Assembly: GCA_026397405.1 (NCBI GenBank)
Contig: JAPLUW010000002.1
Location: forward strand, 40,214 to 104,213
Reading direction: 5' to 3'
DNA from: Candidatus Adlerbacteria bacterium
GTDB taxonomy: Bacteria > Patescibacteriota > Minisyncoccia > Phycocordibacterales > SBAW01
Length of the DNA: 64,000 nucleotides
Under the pieces are notes generated by a model, which was given only the letters and a program-made list of their open reading frames with translations, was not told where the DNA came from and made no database searches. Position 1 is the first letter of the stretch, and the number at the start of each line of letters is the position of its first letter. Position numbers and translations under genes: made by a program. Shown in pieces: positions 9,418-20,126 of the stretch.

Positions 9418-10160
9418 ATCGTTTTATTGTTACTGTCCTGGATAATATCCACGTAAATATTTTCGAGCTTTTCTTTGCCGTTAGCTTCGAGCAGTTTGTG
9501 CATCGTCTCATGAAGCTTTACTTCCCCTTTGTTGATTATGGCAACGGTGCGGCAGAGTTCCTCCGCCTCTTCCAAGTAGTGGGTCGTCAAAATAATGGTT
9601 GTGCCTTCGGCGTTCATACGGCGCAAAAAATCCCACATGCCACGACGCATTTCGATGTCTACGCCGGCTGTCGGCTCGTCCAAAATAAGGAGCTTGGGTT
9701 TGTGGATGAGTGCGCGGGCTATCATCAAGCGGCGCTTCATACCGCCAGAGAGTTGCTGCGACGGACTGTCCTTCTTTTCCCACAGACCGAGTTCTTTTAG
9801 TATCGGCTCTGCGTCTTTAATTGCTTGTGCGCGTGGGATGCCGTAGTAACCCGCCTGTACGGTAATGATGTCGATAACCTTTTCAAAAATATTGAAGTTA
9901 AATTCCTGCGGCACCACACCAATGTAGGTTTTTGTTTTGTCGCGGTCAGTGTCCAGCGAGTTGCCGAATATTTTTACTTCACCGCTGCTTTTAGTTGTGA
10001 GGCTAGTCAAGATGCTTATGATAGTCGACTTGCCTGCGCCGTTGGGGCCAAGTAAGGCAAAAAAGTCACCCTCGGCAATTTCCAAGTCAACACCCTTGAG
10101 AGCTTCTACTCCTGTCTTGTACGTTTTGCGAAGATTTTTGATTGAAACAGCGTTTGTCAT
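9414..10160 (-). CDS. ABC transporter ATP-binding protein
   Basis: Walker A GPNGAGKST, signature LSGGMKRRL, Walker B LLILDEPTAGVD. Confidence 0.85.
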   Translation of the reverse strand: MTNAVSIKNLRKTYKTGVEALKGVDLEIAEGDFFALLGPNGAGKSTIISILTSLTTKSSGEVKIFGNSLDTDRDKTKTYIGVVPQEFNFNIFEKVIDIITVQAGYYGIPRAQAIKDAEPILKELGLWEKKDSPSQQLSGGMKRRLMIARALIHKPKLLILDEPTAGVDIEMRRGMWDFLRRMNAEGTTIILTTHYLEEAEELCRTVAIINKGEVKLHETMHKLLEANGKEKLENIYVDIIQDSNNKTI

Positions 10161-10267
10161 GAAGGCTACAGTATACCACAGTAGGTTTGGCCGGGCAGAT
10201 AGGAATCAAAAAACCCCTCATGCCACAAAGACAGGAAGGGTTTTTTGGTGCACAAAAACAGAGCGGA

Positions 10268-10489
10268 CTACATGAACGTACGGCAGTCTTTTTTGTGGCC
10301 AATAGCAATCCAAATTGCCGAGAGACCTACCAAAACATAGACGAGCCATTCCACCTGCGGCCATGAGCCGAGTACGAGGTTAACAACATTCCAGTTACCG
10401 CCGCCGACAAATGCGCTAGCGCCAACGAGGCCCCAGTTAAGTCCGCCGATAACAAGCAAGAGGAACGTGACCACGTGAAGTGCTTTCAT
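10268..10489 (-). CDS. DUF378-family small membrane protein
   Basis: 73 aa. The GGLNWGLVG...VGLSAIW pattern is typical of DUF378. Confidence 0.6.
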   Translation of the reverse strand: MKALHVVTFLLLVIGGLNWGLVGASAFVGGGNWNVVNLVLGSWPQVEWLVYVLVGLSAIWIAIGHKKDCRTFM

Positions 10490-10599
10490 AGAAAATTTTG
10501 AGAAATTATTTTATACGGCTCGACCCCTGTATGCCAGGATCCGTACCATCTAGTATGAACCCTCCATGGACCCTGCAAAGGGCTTCGTGGGGATAAGGG

Positions 10600-11853
10600 C
10601 TAGAGTGCCGGCAAGTATGACAATGGGTTTAAGTACGCGTTAAGTGGTGCAATTGGGATAAACGCGGTAGCTCCGCTGTTGCAGGTGTACTGCTTAAAGG
10701 TCACAGCACTTGAGACATACACGGTCATATGCAAGTGCGGCCCGGTTGCATAGCCAGTGTCGCCAGAGTAGCCCAGTATGTCGCCCGTTGTTACACGTTG
10801 CCCCTTGGTGGCCGCAATGCTGGAAAGATGCGCGTACAGCGACGTAAGGCCGTTGTCGTGGCGCACAAGTACCCACTTGCCGTACTGGCAGTATTTAACG
10901 GCTCCTTGGTTAATTTCCTGCACGGTACCCGACAGTGCGGCGTGTACCGGTGTGCCAATTGATGCACGGAAGTCTACCCCGTTGTGGCCGCTTCCGTTGT
11001 ACCCACCAGACTTTGCAAAGTCTGTTTTGCCAAAATATTGTGTAACAGCAACACTGTCGAGTGGCCAGGCAAGTATGCCTTTTTCAGGGTCTGGAGCGCT
11101 TGAGGTATTTGCAGACCCAAGGCCTTTGGCGAGTTGTATCAACGTGGCTTCGAATGACTTTTCTTCAGCTTGTTTTTGGGCGAGTAAACTTTGGTAGCCA
11201 GACTCTTTATTTTTTGTCTGGACCAGCAGTTGGTTTTGTGACTCCTTTGTGATACTTAAACTTGTTTTTTGTTCGGCCAAATTTTGTTTTAAACTTGCGA
11301 GGTCGGCGCGCTTTTGTTCGGCCGATGTTTTATTTGCAGCCAGTGTTCCTTTTAAATTCAATAATTCGGTAATTTTATTTTGGAGCCCGCTCCGTACTGC
11401 CTCAAGTGTTGTTGCAGAGTCAAAAAAAGACGACAGTGTTCCCCCACCGAGCAGGGTCAGTGCGAGCGGTTCGTCGTCGAGGGTCTGTAATTCTTGCAAA
11501 GAGTCTTTTACTTGCATCTCGACCTGGCTTATTTCGCTGGTAGTTGTTGAAATAGTGCCCGCGAGTGTTTTAATCTGTCGGTCTCTCTGTGCAATTTGTG
11601 TACTGGTGAGAGCAACACTTTTAGTTATTTTTTGAATATTTAAATTGAGTGCATCTATAGCACTCTGGAGTGTCTTTTTTTGTGCACTGGTTGTGGTGAG
11701 CTGGTTTTGGAGTTGCGCAATTTCTGCACGTAGCTGCGCTATTTGTGCAGTGCCTTGGTCAATCTGCGCTTGCACCGGGTCGGTTGTAGTTGAGGTTGCA
11801 GCGTGCGCTACGTTACCAAAAAAAAGGAGAAAAGAAAGTACCAAAGGAAGCAT
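10600..11853 (-). CDS. M23 family metallopeptidase with N-terminal coiled-coil
   Basis: Signal peptide, a long Q/A-rich coiled region, and the C-terminal HxxxD...GHNGVDF...GPHLHM M23 motifs. Confidence 0.8.
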   Translation of the reverse strand: MLPLVLSFLLFFGNVAHAATSTTTDPVQAQIDQGTAQIAQLRAEIAQLQNQLTTTSAQKKTLQSAIDALNLNIQKITKSVALTSTQIAQRDRQIKTLAGTISTTTSEISQVEMQVKDSLQELQTLDDEPLALTLLGGGTLSSFFDSATTLEAVRSGLQNKITELLNLKGTLAANKTSAEQKRADLASLKQNLAEQKTSLSITKESQNQLLVQTKNKESGYQSLLAQKQAEEKSFEATLIQLAKGLGSANTSSAPDPEKGILAWPLDSVAVTQYFGKTDFAKSGGYNGSGHNGVDFRASIGTPVHAALSGTVQEINQGAVKYCQYGKWVLVRHDNGLTSLYAHLSSIAATKGQRVTTGDILGYSGDTGYATGPHLHMTVYVSSAVTFKQYTCNSGATAFIPIAPLNAYLNPLSYLPAL

Positions 11854-11862
11854 CTCCTTAGT

Positions 11863-13194
11863 TTAAAGCATACGTAGTGCTTTCTCAATGCGCTCAAGCG
11901 TTTTTTTGCGACCCAAGAGCCCTGCAAGCGTGAACGGGTCAGGAGATTTTTCTTTTCCTGACAGGGCTACGCGCATAGGCCACAACACAGACGCCCTTCC
12001 CTGTTCTGTTGCGTAAGGGAAAATAGCTTCTTTGACGCTCTCTGCGGTGAAGGGCTCATGTTCCAAAAGTAACTCCACTACCTTGGTAAGGTTAGTTTTA
12101 ACTGCCGCCGCATCGGCCTTTGCTCCCTGCAACAAAAGTTCGCCTGTGGGCGCTGGAATAGTATCTTCCATGAAAGAAAATTCTCCACCTTTCAGGTAGT
12201 CTGCGGCTTCCCCAAATGTTTGCGCGCGATTTCTAAGCTCTACTCCAATTTGAGGAAGATAGGGAGGAACGGTATCGCCTCTCTCTGTCATGAATAGGCT
12301 AAGTCTGTCAACAAACTCCTGCATCGGTAGAAGTTTCAAGTATTCATGGTTGAACCAGCGAAATTTTTCTATATCAAACACCGCGCCCGCCTTGTGCATG
12401 CGCTCGAAACTGAAAAGTTTAATAAGTTCGTCGAGAGAAAATATTTCACGCTCTCCTCCAGGGTTCCATCCAAGCAGTGCGAGATAATTTATCATTGCTT
12501 CTGGCAAAAAACCTTGTGTACGATATTGCTCTACCGATGCCGCGTGTTTGCGCTTGGAAAGCTTTGTGCGGTCAGGAGCCAATATGAGCGGAAAGTGCGC
12601 GTACGTAGGGCGGGTATATCCAAGCGCTTCCAATATCAGTATCTGACGCGGTGTGTTTGAAATGTGCTCTTCTGCGCGTAAGACATGCGTTACACAGGAG
12701 TCGCCGTCGTCCACGACTACCGCAAAATGGTACAGAGGGTCATCTATAGAGCGAGCAATAACAAAATCTCCATGCTCGGTCGTATCAAAACTAACCTCTC
12801 CGCGTATAAGGTCAGTAAAGGTAATTGTGGTGTTAGGGTTTCTCAACCGCACTACTTCAACCTCTTCTGTCGGGTCATCTTTTTTTGGCTCGCGTGATAT
12901 ATACGCCTTGTCTTCTGCTACAAGCTTTTGCAAAAGTTCTTTATGGCGTTCGATATGTTCTGACTGTCTATATTTTGCATCAGGTTTGAGGCCACACCAT
13001 TCAAAGTCATTCCAGATAGCATCAACCCACTCCTCTTTATTGCGCTCGCGGTCAGTGTCCTCTATTCGGACAAAGTATGTACCTTTGTTTTGTTTGGCAA
13101 AAATATAATTAAATAAAGCCGTACGGACGGTTCCGATATGCATCTGCCCGGTGGGAGACGGCGCGATACGTGTAATTACTTTTTCAGGATTCAT
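11863..13194 (-). CDS. gltX: glutamate--tRNA ligase
   Basis: RIAPSPTGQMHIGTVRTALFNY HIGH region plus a KLSKRK KMSKS-like motif. Start set at MNPEK to avoid overlap with murG. Confidence 0.85.
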   Translation of the reverse strand: MNPEKVITRIAPSPTGQMHIGTVRTALFNYIFAKQNKGTYFVRIEDTDRERNKEEWVDAIWNDFEWCGLKPDAKYRQSEHIERHKELLQKLVAEDKAYISREPKKDDPTEEVEVVRLRNPNTTITFTDLIRGEVSFDTTEHGDFVIARSIDDPLYHFAVVVDDGDSCVTHVLRAEEHISNTPRQILILEALGYTRPTYAHFPLILAPDRTKLSKRKHAASVEQYRTQGFLPEAMINYLALLGWNPGGEREIFSLDELIKLFSFERMHKAGAVFDIEKFRWFNHEYLKLLPMQEFVDRLSLFMTERGDTVPPYLPQIGVELRNRAQTFGEAADYLKGGEFSFMEDTIPAPTGELLLQGAKADAAAVKTNLTKVVELLLEHEPFTAESVKEAIFPYATEQGRASVLWPMRVALSGKEKSPDPFTLAGLLGRKKTLERIEKALRML

Positions 13195-14311
13195 GGGAAA
13201 GCGCGATGTCGAGCAATGCATTAGCGACGGTACGGGCAGCGTCGGCACGGCCAAACCCGCGTGCGGCGGTGCTCATAGTACGAATAAGTTCGGGGTTTTG
13301 CAAAATACGGTCGACCTCCGACACTAAAAGCCCGCGGGTGAGGTTGCTCTGTTCTATCACTGTCGCTGCTCCCGAGCGTGCATAGGCATACGCATTTTGT
13401 GTTTGGTCGTGCGAAATAGCTTCTGGTATTGGGATAATGATAGACGGCAGGCCCCATACCGCGATTTCAAAAATAGTAGACCCTGCGCGCGAGATAACCA
13501 GTGTTGCTGCCCCCGCTATCATGCGCATTGCAAGGTCATTTAAATACGGAAATGTTTTGTAGCGGTCGGCATACGGTGAGTTAAGCAGAGCAACTTTTGC
13601 ACGCGACTCGACCTCTTTCAAGTTGGCGTGCCCTGTTTGGTGGACTATCTGATATTTTTCCAAGAGTTGCGGCAAACTGCCAAGTACCACGTCGTTAATA
13701 GTTTCTGCACCCTGTGAGCCGCCGGTGATATAGATAATAGGCAGGTCTTTGCTCAATTTTAAAAATTCGTGCGCGCCCTCACGTGCCGGCACAAGCGCCG
13801 CTTTGCGAATGGGGTTACCGGTAAAGGCAACACGCCCTCCGGGGAAATATTTTTCTGCGTCGGGGTAGGACACCGCAATTTTTACTGCAAACTTCCCCGC
13901 CCACGCGTTGACCCTCCCCGGGTTTGCGTCGGACTCGTGTATAACAACCGGTATGCGGAAGAGGCGTGCCGCAAGCAGCGTTGGGAAGCTGCCATAGCCA
14001 CCTTTACCAAACACCACGTCAGGATAAAGAAAGAACATACGAACAAGCGAACGAGCCACTCCCCATGCAATTTTAAAGTAGTCGATAAAGTTTAAAAACG
14101 AAAAATAGCGGCGCATTTTACCTGCGGCAGTTGGGACAAATATAATTTCATTCGCGACAAGCATCTCTTTGTCGTACGGGCCCGGTGCTGCAAAATAGAT
14201 GTTTGGTTCGAGAAGCCTCCTTTCGCGCACAAGGTCATGCAGTGCCTCTGTCACTGCAATAATTGGGTAAAAATGTCCCCCGGTAACGCCGCCTGTTAAA
14301 AGTATTTTCAT
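13184..14311 (-). CDS. murG: undecaprenyldiphospho-muramoylpentapeptide beta-N-acetylglucosaminyltransferase
   Basis: MKILLTGGVTGGHFYPIIAV has the GGTGGH motif. 375 aa. Confidence 0.85.
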   Translation of the reverse strand: MKILLTGGVTGGHFYPIIAVTEALHDLVRERRLLEPNIYFAAPGPYDKEMLVANEIIFVPTAAGKMRRYFSFLNFIDYFKIAWGVARSLVRMFFLYPDVVFGKGGYGSFPTLLAARLFRIPVVIHESDANPGRVNAWAGKFAVKIAVSYPDAEKYFPGGRVAFTGNPIRKAALVPAREGAHEFLKLSKDLPIIYITGGSQGAETINDVVLGSLPQLLEKYQIVHQTGHANLKEVESRAKVALLNSPYADRYKTFPYLNDLAMRMIAGAATLVISRAGSTIFEIAVWGLPSIIIPIPEAISHDQTQNAYAYARSGAATVIEQSNLTRGLLVSEVDRILQNPELIRTMSTAARGFGRADAARTVANALLDIALSHES

Positions 14312-15408
14312 GATTTTTTGCTGCGCATATTTCTCGAAATATTTAATATGATACCTACTTCTGCCAAAGAGAGCGCGAGCGCGGTGCCTCCGTGCGACAC
14401 AAAAATAAGAGGGACTCCAACAAGCGGCACGAGCGCCAAGGTAGATGCAATGTTGAAAAATGATTGTCCCACAATGAGTATAACAAGCCCGACGGCGACG
14501 AGTCCACCAAATGCGTCGGGTGCTCGTGCAGCAATGCGCAGGCCTAATATACAGAACCCCGCAAATAGGAACACCAACAGAGTGCTTCCGACAAAACCAA
14601 ATTCTTCTCCTGCAACTGCAAAAATAGAGTCGCCTATAGGTTCGGGCAAGTAGGAAAATTTTTGTATGCTCTGGCCAGACCCACGCCCGGTGAACCCGCC
14701 AGAACCCACAGCAATAAGTGACTGCTGCACTTGGTAGCCCGTGCCCCGAGGGTCTGCCGACTGGTCGAGATAGGTCTCTAGTCGCTGCGCAACGTGAGGG
14801 TAGACAAGTGCGGCGCCAGCAATGGCAGCAACCCCGACTCCTGCAAGTAGTAGCAGGTGTGTGATGCGCCCTCCCGCGGCAAAGAGCATGCCGGTAGACG
14901 CCATGCCTAAAATAATAACGCCGGCAGTATTTGGCTGGAGTATAAGTATCGTTGCGGCACTACCGGCAATGAGCATAAGTGGGAGTATGCCGCCCCGCAG
15001 TGTGTCGGTTGCCTTAAAACGCGCAGCGTAGACTGCCGCCAAAAAAAGTACCGTTGCAAACTTGAGCACTTCTTCGGGCTGGAAGGAAAAATGACCTATC
15101 ACTATCCACCGTGCGGCACCTTTAAGCGAAAGGCCAATATGGGGCACAAACGTGAGCAGCGTAAGGCATAGCGCAAAGCCAAAGATATACGGTGTGTAGG
15201 GCCTCCAAAAGCGGTAGTCGACACGGGAAAAAAAGACAAGCAACACAGTGCCACAGACAAACCCAAGCAGTAGTTGGCTTACAGCAACAGAGGTAAACGA
15301 CGCGCCGTCACGTGCAAGTAACCCGAGTGCCGCGGAGGTAAAAATAAGCAGACCAAACACAACTAGCGCGCAGAGTGTCAGGAAAAATGGTGTGTCTATC
15401 TTTTTCAC
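14308..15408 (-). CDS. ftsW: SEDS-family peptidoglycan glycosyltransferase FtsW/RodA
   Basis: About 10 TM helices, SEDS length, and position between mraY and murG. Confidence 0.8.
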   Translation of the reverse strand: MKKIDTPFFLTLCALVVFGLLIFTSAALGLLARDGASFTSVAVSQLLLGFVCGTVLLVFFSRVDYRFWRPYTPYIFGFALCLTLLTFVPHIGLSLKGAARWIVIGHFSFQPEEVLKFATVLFLAAVYAARFKATDTLRGGILPLMLIAGSAATILILQPNTAGVIILGMASTGMLFAAGGRITHLLLLAGVGVAAIAGAALVYPHVAQRLETYLDQSADPRGTGYQVQQSLIAVGSGGFTGRGSGQSIQKFSYLPEPIGDSIFAVAGEEFGFVGSTLLVFLFAGFCILGLRIAARAPDAFGGLVAVGLVILIVGQSFFNIASTLALVPLVGVPLIFVSHGGTALALSLAEVGIILNISRNMRSKKS

Positions 15409-16460
15409 AGCAGCGCGACGCTCATGCCTATAATTGCCGCAAGCACACCCACTATCCAGTAGCGCATGGTTACTTTGTATGCGGGCCAGCCAATAGCTTC
15501 AAAATGGTGATGGAGGGGTGCAATTTTTAAAATCTTTTTCCCAAATCTTTTTTTGCTCAAAATTTGCAATACGTTGGAGGCAACCGTTGCAACAAGTGGG
15601 AGCGCGATAATTGGTAGCACGGTGATACCCCTACCCCCGTCGAGCGTGTCGGTCAAAAATGCGATGACAACAAGTGCAAGGGTGAGCCCCATGGTGCCGG
15701 TTTCTGAAAGGTAAAAGCGTGCGGGCGGAATGTTAAACCACAAAAATGCGAGCAAGCCGCCTGCAATAGCTCCCGAGAGTGCCGCGATGTCCATCTGGTT
15801 TTGGAAAAATGCGATACCTGCGTATGCGGCAAAAATTGTTGAAAATATTCCTCCGGCCAAACCGTCGATGCCGTCGATAACGCCGCCCGCATATATAAAG
15901 AGTGCCACAAGAACAAAAAATGGGATAAACCACACCCCAAGCGACACTGGTTGCAGGAGAAATGGGAACGAAATTGCAGACACTCCCAATTTTTCGTAAA
16001 ACCACCAGGCACATAGAAGTGCTATAGCGGCAACAATAAGGAGGCGTATGCGTAGTGGCAGCCCCGACTTGCCCTTTACTTCAAACAGGTCGTCGAGCAG
16101 ACCCACAAGTGCGCCCGCAACAAGTGCCGCAAGTGGCACCCATGTTTGATTGCGGCTGATAAATGACAGTGCACCAAAGGCATCGGGAAATAGTACAGAA
16201 AGTATGGAAAGGAGGCCTGCGGTCAACAGCACACTCCCCCACACTACGACACCGCCAAAACGTGGTGTGCCCGAGTCGCGGCTTTCGTGTAAACGGTTAA
16301 ATGTCTCGGCCGGTGTGCCGTCAAACGCAACCTTCCCCGCTTTTGGTTTCCACATTTTGCGCTGATATAAAAAGTGCGCCAAAAAAGGCGTGATGCCGAT
16401 GCCAAATAAAAAGGCAATAGTCGTTGGTATAAAAATGCGCATGACGTCGGACATCATCAT
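15405..16460 (-). CDS. mraY: phospho-N-acetylmuramoyl-pentapeptide transferase
   Basis: Polytopic membrane protein with the DD/DDxxD motifs (VGLLDDLFE), in dcw context. Confidence 0.85.
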   Translation of the reverse strand: MMMSDVMRIFIPTTIAFLFGIGITPFLAHFLYQRKMWKPKAGKVAFDGTPAETFNRLHESRDSGTPRFGGVVVWGSVLLTAGLLSILSVLFPDAFGALSFISRNQTWVPLAALVAGALVGLLDDLFEVKGKSGLPLRIRLLIVAAIALLCAWWFYEKLGVSAISFPFLLQPVSLGVWFIPFFVLVALFIYAGGVIDGIDGLAGGIFSTIFAAYAGIAFFQNQMDIAALSGAIAGGLLAFLWFNIPPARFYLSETGTMGLTLALVVIAFLTDTLDGGRGITVLPIIALPLVATVASNVLQILSKKRFGKKILKIAPLHHHFEAIGWPAYKVTMRYWIVGVLAAIIGMSVALL

Positions 16461-17377
16461 AGAGAAGTTTGTGTACTTTGTGCATCACGCACGGCTTGGA
16501 TAAGTTTTTTTATGTCGTCAAACCGAGCGTCTTCTGTCGAGCCAAGTACAACAGCAACAAGTGGGTGCCCTATTGCTATGTCAAATACTACTGCCAAGTT
16601 GCCGCCGGCCAGGTCGGTAAAACCGGTTTTTGCTGCAACAACTCCAGGCACGCCTGCGAGAGGTAGTGCCGTTGCAGCAGCCTTTAGGGTGCGTGTGCCG
16701 TCTTGTATAGACACATTTGGCTGGGTTGTAAGCCCAAAGTAGTCTGGGTAATTTTGAAACAAGTGTGCAGCCAGGCGTGCGACATCAAATGCAGAGCCGT
16801 ACGCCCCTGCAGTACCGGCACTCTCGTCCAAACCGGTTGGATTTAAGAAATACATGTGCGACAGGCCGAGTGTTTTTGCACGTGCGTTCATAAGGTCGAG
16901 ATAATTGTCGCCTAAACTTGCGGCTGCAGCTGCCATCGCGTCGTTTGACGATGCAATAAGCCCAATTTTAAGCAAACTGGAAAGCGGCACGGTGTCGCCA
17001 GCTTTAAATCCCCAGTCTCCTTCGGGTGCCAAGTCTGCTGCGGTTATCTGTACCGAGCGGCCAGTGTCGCCTCCTTCGAGCACCGCAGTTGCGGTCATCA
17101 ACTTAGTAAGCGATGCAAGCGGGAGCGGGGCGCTGGAGTTTTTTGAAAATAAAATTCTCCCGTCGGTCGGGTCATAGACTATGTCTGCTTTTGCGATAAG
17201 TGTGTTTGTATCGAGCGAGATTGATGCAGGGAAAAGTGCCACAGCCGCCACTTGTTGGCCAGGGGTTATCTTTTGCAACATCGAAACTGCGCCGACGCCG
17301 CTGCCAAATGCGACAGCAGACAAAAGTATGGCTCCCAGGGCTGAAAAAACCGTATGATGTAGAGTTATTGTTTTCAT
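16457..17377 (-). CDS. dacA: D-alanyl-D-alanine carboxypeptidase (S11, PBP5-like)
   Basis: SxxK motif ASLTKLMT, an SxN-like SSN motif, and a signal peptide. Confidence 0.75.
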   Translation of the reverse strand: MKTITLHHTVFSALGAILLSAVAFGSGVGAVSMLQKITPGQQVAAVALFPASISLDTNTLIAKADIVYDPTDGRILFSKNSSAPLPLASLTKLMTATAVLEGGDTGRSVQITAADLAPEGDWGFKAGDTVPLSSLLKIGLIASSNDAMAAAAASLGDNYLDLMNARAKTLGLSHMYFLNPTGLDESAGTAGAYGSAFDVARLAAHLFQNYPDYFGLTTQPNVSIQDGTRTLKAAATALPLAGVPGVVAAKTGFTDLAGGNLAVVFDIAIGHPLVAVVLGSTEDARFDDIKKLIQAVRDAQSTQTSL

Positions 17378-17946
17378 AAAGGGTCTTCTGTTGGCACTGT
17401 CACCTCTTGTGCACGATATGCAGTTTCAAGTGTGCGCAATTTTTCTTGCACGCCCACATAGTCGGGCAGCTCGTCTTTATGTGTGACTCCCAATTCTGCA
17501 AGTAATTCTGTTGTGGGTTCGTACAAAAATGATCGTTCGTCTTTTGGGTTAGAAATTTTGCGAACGAGCCCGCGCATCAATAACGTGCGCAATGTTTGTG
17601 ACGAGTTTACGCCGCGGATAAAGTCTATCTCGCTACGGGAGAGCGGCCCGCGGTATATCACTGCGGCAAGTGCTTCGAGCCCTGCTTTGCCTATGTCGCG
17701 CGAATATTCTTCCTTACGGATTTTCTCCACAAGCTCTGCAGCGGCTGGTGCGGTGCGGAGCTCGACAACTTTTCCGTCGTCAACGAGCACAATCCCTCCC
17801 CCTGTCCGTGCACGTAGCGTTGCTAATGCCACCTCGACCATGTCTAGTTCGGCACCAGTTGCTTTACAGAGTTCGGCACGCGTAAGAGGCCTGCCCAAAC
17901 TAAACAGCAACCCTTCAATTTGTATAGCTAGAGCGTTTTCATTCAT
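17374..17946 (-). CDS. scpB: segregation and condensation protein B
   Basis: ScpB winged-helix N-terminus IEGLLFSLGRPLTRAELCK. 190 aa. Confidence 0.8.
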   Translation of the reverse strand: MNENALAIQIEGLLFSLGRPLTRAELCKATGAELDMVEVALATLRARTGGGIVLVDDGKVVELRTAPAAAELVEKIRKEEYSRDIGKAGLEALAAVIYRGPLSRSEIDFIRGVNSSQTLRTLLMRGLVRKISNPKDERSFLYEPTTELLAELGVTHKDELPDYVGVQEKLRTLETAYRAQEVTVPTEDPL

Positions 17947-18679
17947 AAGACGGTACCGACACAGAGTCCGACTCTAGCATGATGTCGCTAAAGTGTTCGC
18001 CCTGGTTTGCTTTGATTATACCCTGCTTCACCAGCTCAAGCAGTGCCAAAAAGCTGATGATGATTTCCTGTCGTGCATGTGCACTTGCCTGTTTGTTCAT
18101 CCCGGCAAATTCTTTAAACGAAAGCCTGAATGCGCTTGAAACGCGCGCGGCCATCTGGGTTATCATCTCTTCAATCGAAACAATCTTTTTAACGGCAACT
18201 TTTGGCAGCACCAGCGACTTTGGGAAGCCAGCGATAAGTACCTGCGCAGCACCTAACAGAGATTCTTTTGTAATAGACGGGTCAAATAAATACAGCGGTT
18301 GCTGGGGTGCTGCCTCGCCTTCGTGCAACATGGGATTTTTTGTCGCTTCCTGCACACCGCGCGCGGCATCTTTTATAAGTTGGTACAACGCCAAGCGATA
18401 CTCGAGCTCTTTGATGTCGCGCGACTCTTCTTCCGACAGTGCGAGCGTTGGCAACAGCGAGCGTGACTTTATAAGCAACAGCGTTGCGGCAAGGGTAACA
18501 AACTCGGCTGTCTCCCCTACAGGCAGGTGGTCGTGTGCAGAAATGCGCGCGATATATTCGTCGGTAACAGCAGCAAGCGACACATCGCTAATGTGGAGTT
18601 TGCGTTTTTCTATCAACTCGAGCAGTAGCTCAAGCGGACCTTCAAAGACATCAGTCTTTACGTGTGGGCGTGTTTGCAT
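17939..18679 (-). CDS. scpA: segregation and condensation protein A
   Basis: FEGPLELLLELIEKRKLHISDVSLAAVTDEY is the ScpA consensus. Confidence 0.8.
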   Translation of the reverse strand: MQTRPHVKTDVFEGPLELLLELIEKRKLHISDVSLAAVTDEYIARISAHDHLPVGETAEFVTLAATLLLIKSRSLLPTLALSEEESRDIKELEYRLALYQLIKDAARGVQEATKNPMLHEGEAAPQQPLYLFDPSITKESLLGAAQVLIAGFPKSLVLPKVAVKKIVSIEEMITQMAARVSSAFRLSFKEFAGMNKQASAHARQEIIISFLALLELVKQGIIKANQGEHFSDIMLESDSVSVPSYE

Positions 18680-18747
18680 TCCCCATATTTTACACCATAG
18701 TAGCGCAATTTGACAGGGGGCAATAATAGTGGCAACGCCAGGGCTTT

Positions 18748-20124
18748 TTATTTTGCGTACGCTTCAACAAGAGCTAGAAGGAGACGTACCGGTGCACCCA
18801 CCGCACCTTTTGCAAGAAATTCGGCAGGGTGTGACGTCATGCGTGACGCCATGTCGATATGTGCCCACGGACAGTCCAAGTCTTTGGCAAATTCGCGAAG
18901 GAACATACCGCCGGCAATGACCCCACCGTAGCGGCTGTTACCGTCGGTTGAAATATTTGGCACGTCGCCAAACAATCCCTTTGTCATATCTTCATACTCT
19001 TCCCACAGCGGGAACGGCCACACATAGTCGCCGGATTCTTCGCCAAGCTGGCGCAGCATGTCTTCCAGTTTTTGGTCGTTGCTCATAACGCCCGATGCTT
19101 GGAGCCCAAGTGCGCCGAGAACTGCACCTGTTAGTGTTGCTACGTCAACAACAACTGCAGGGTTAAACTTTTTTGCATAGGTAATCCCGTCAGAAAGTAT
19201 CACGCGGCCTTCGGCGTCGGTATTAAGCACTTCAATATATCGGCCAGACATCGACTTCAACATGTCGCCCGGGCGCACCGCGTTTTGGCCCGGCATGTTT
19301 TCCACAGTTGGAATTAAGGCGATAACGTTTGCTTTTAGTTTTAACTTTGCAGCAAGCACCACGGTGTGCAGCACTGCAGCGCCCCCTGACATGTCCATAT
19401 GCATTTCGTACATGTGGTCGCCTGGTTTTAGGTTAAGCCCGCCTGAGTCGAAGGTGACGCCTTTACCTACAAGCACGACAGGTTTTTGTGTTTTAGATGC
19501 TCCCCAATATTCGGCAATGACAAACTGCGGCTCATTGTCGGAGCCTTTGCCAATACCTACAACGCCGCCCATGCCGAGTTTTTCCATTTCCTTGCGGCTA
19601 AGAACAGTAACTTTTGTACCAGGGCCTTTGAGTATTTTTTTTGCGAGTGCAGAAAATTGTTTTGGAGTAAGGTCGCCACCTGGAGTGTTGGCAAGTTCGC
19701 GGGCTGCGTTAACTTCCTCGCCCGTCCAATGCCCAATTTTTGCACCTTCGATTCCTTCTTTCGAAATATTCGGCAAACATACAACATCAACGCTTGCAAA
19801 CCCGTCTTTAGGTGTGCGCTTGTAGGTATTGTGTTCGTAGCCCGCCATCACAAACGAAATAGCCGACACCTTTGCTACTTCAGCATCAGAAAAATCCTTG
19901 GGTGCGAGTGACTTTAAATCTTTAAAATCAACGGCAATAGATTTAATACGGTTTTGTTTGGCGACCGCAACAACTTTGCGTGTAAATAATACAAATTTGC
20001 GACGGGTAAGCGGCTTTTTATCTCCATAAGAAATAGATAGTTCCTTGCCGTCAAAACGGTTCAAACTACCCTGCACAAAGTTTATTTTAATGGAGTTCTT
20101 GTCTGCAGTTGGCTGAAATTTCAT
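18748..20124 (-). CDS. pepA: leucyl aminopeptidase (M17)
   Basis: NTDAEGRVILSD M17 signature and metal-binding residues. 458 aa. Confidence 0.85.
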   Translation of the reverse strand: MKFQPTADKNSIKINFVQGSLNRFDGKELSISYGDKKPLTRRKFVLFTRKVVAVAKQNRIKSIAVDFKDLKSLAPKDFSDAEVAKVSAISFVMAGYEHNTYKRTPKDGFASVDVVCLPNISKEGIEGAKIGHWTGEEVNAARELANTPGGDLTPKQFSALAKKILKGPGTKVTVLSRKEMEKLGMGGVVGIGKGSDNEPQFVIAEYWGASKTQKPVVLVGKGVTFDSGGLNLKPGDHMYEMHMDMSGGAAVLHTVVLAAKLKLKANVIALIPTVENMPGQNAVRPGDMLKSMSGRYIEVLNTDAEGRVILSDGITYAKKFNPAVVVDVATLTGAVLGALGLQASGVMSNDQKLEDMLRQLGEESGDYVWPFPLWEEYEDMTKGLFGDVPNISTDGNSRYGGVIAGGMFLREFAKDLDCPWAHIDMASRMTSHPAEFLAKGAVGAPVRLLLALVEAYAK

Positions 20125-20126
20125 AT

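Noticed and set aside
17979-18713. 244-aa plus-strand ORF
   Set aside because: It is antisense to scpA and has a Ser-rich shadow-frame composition.
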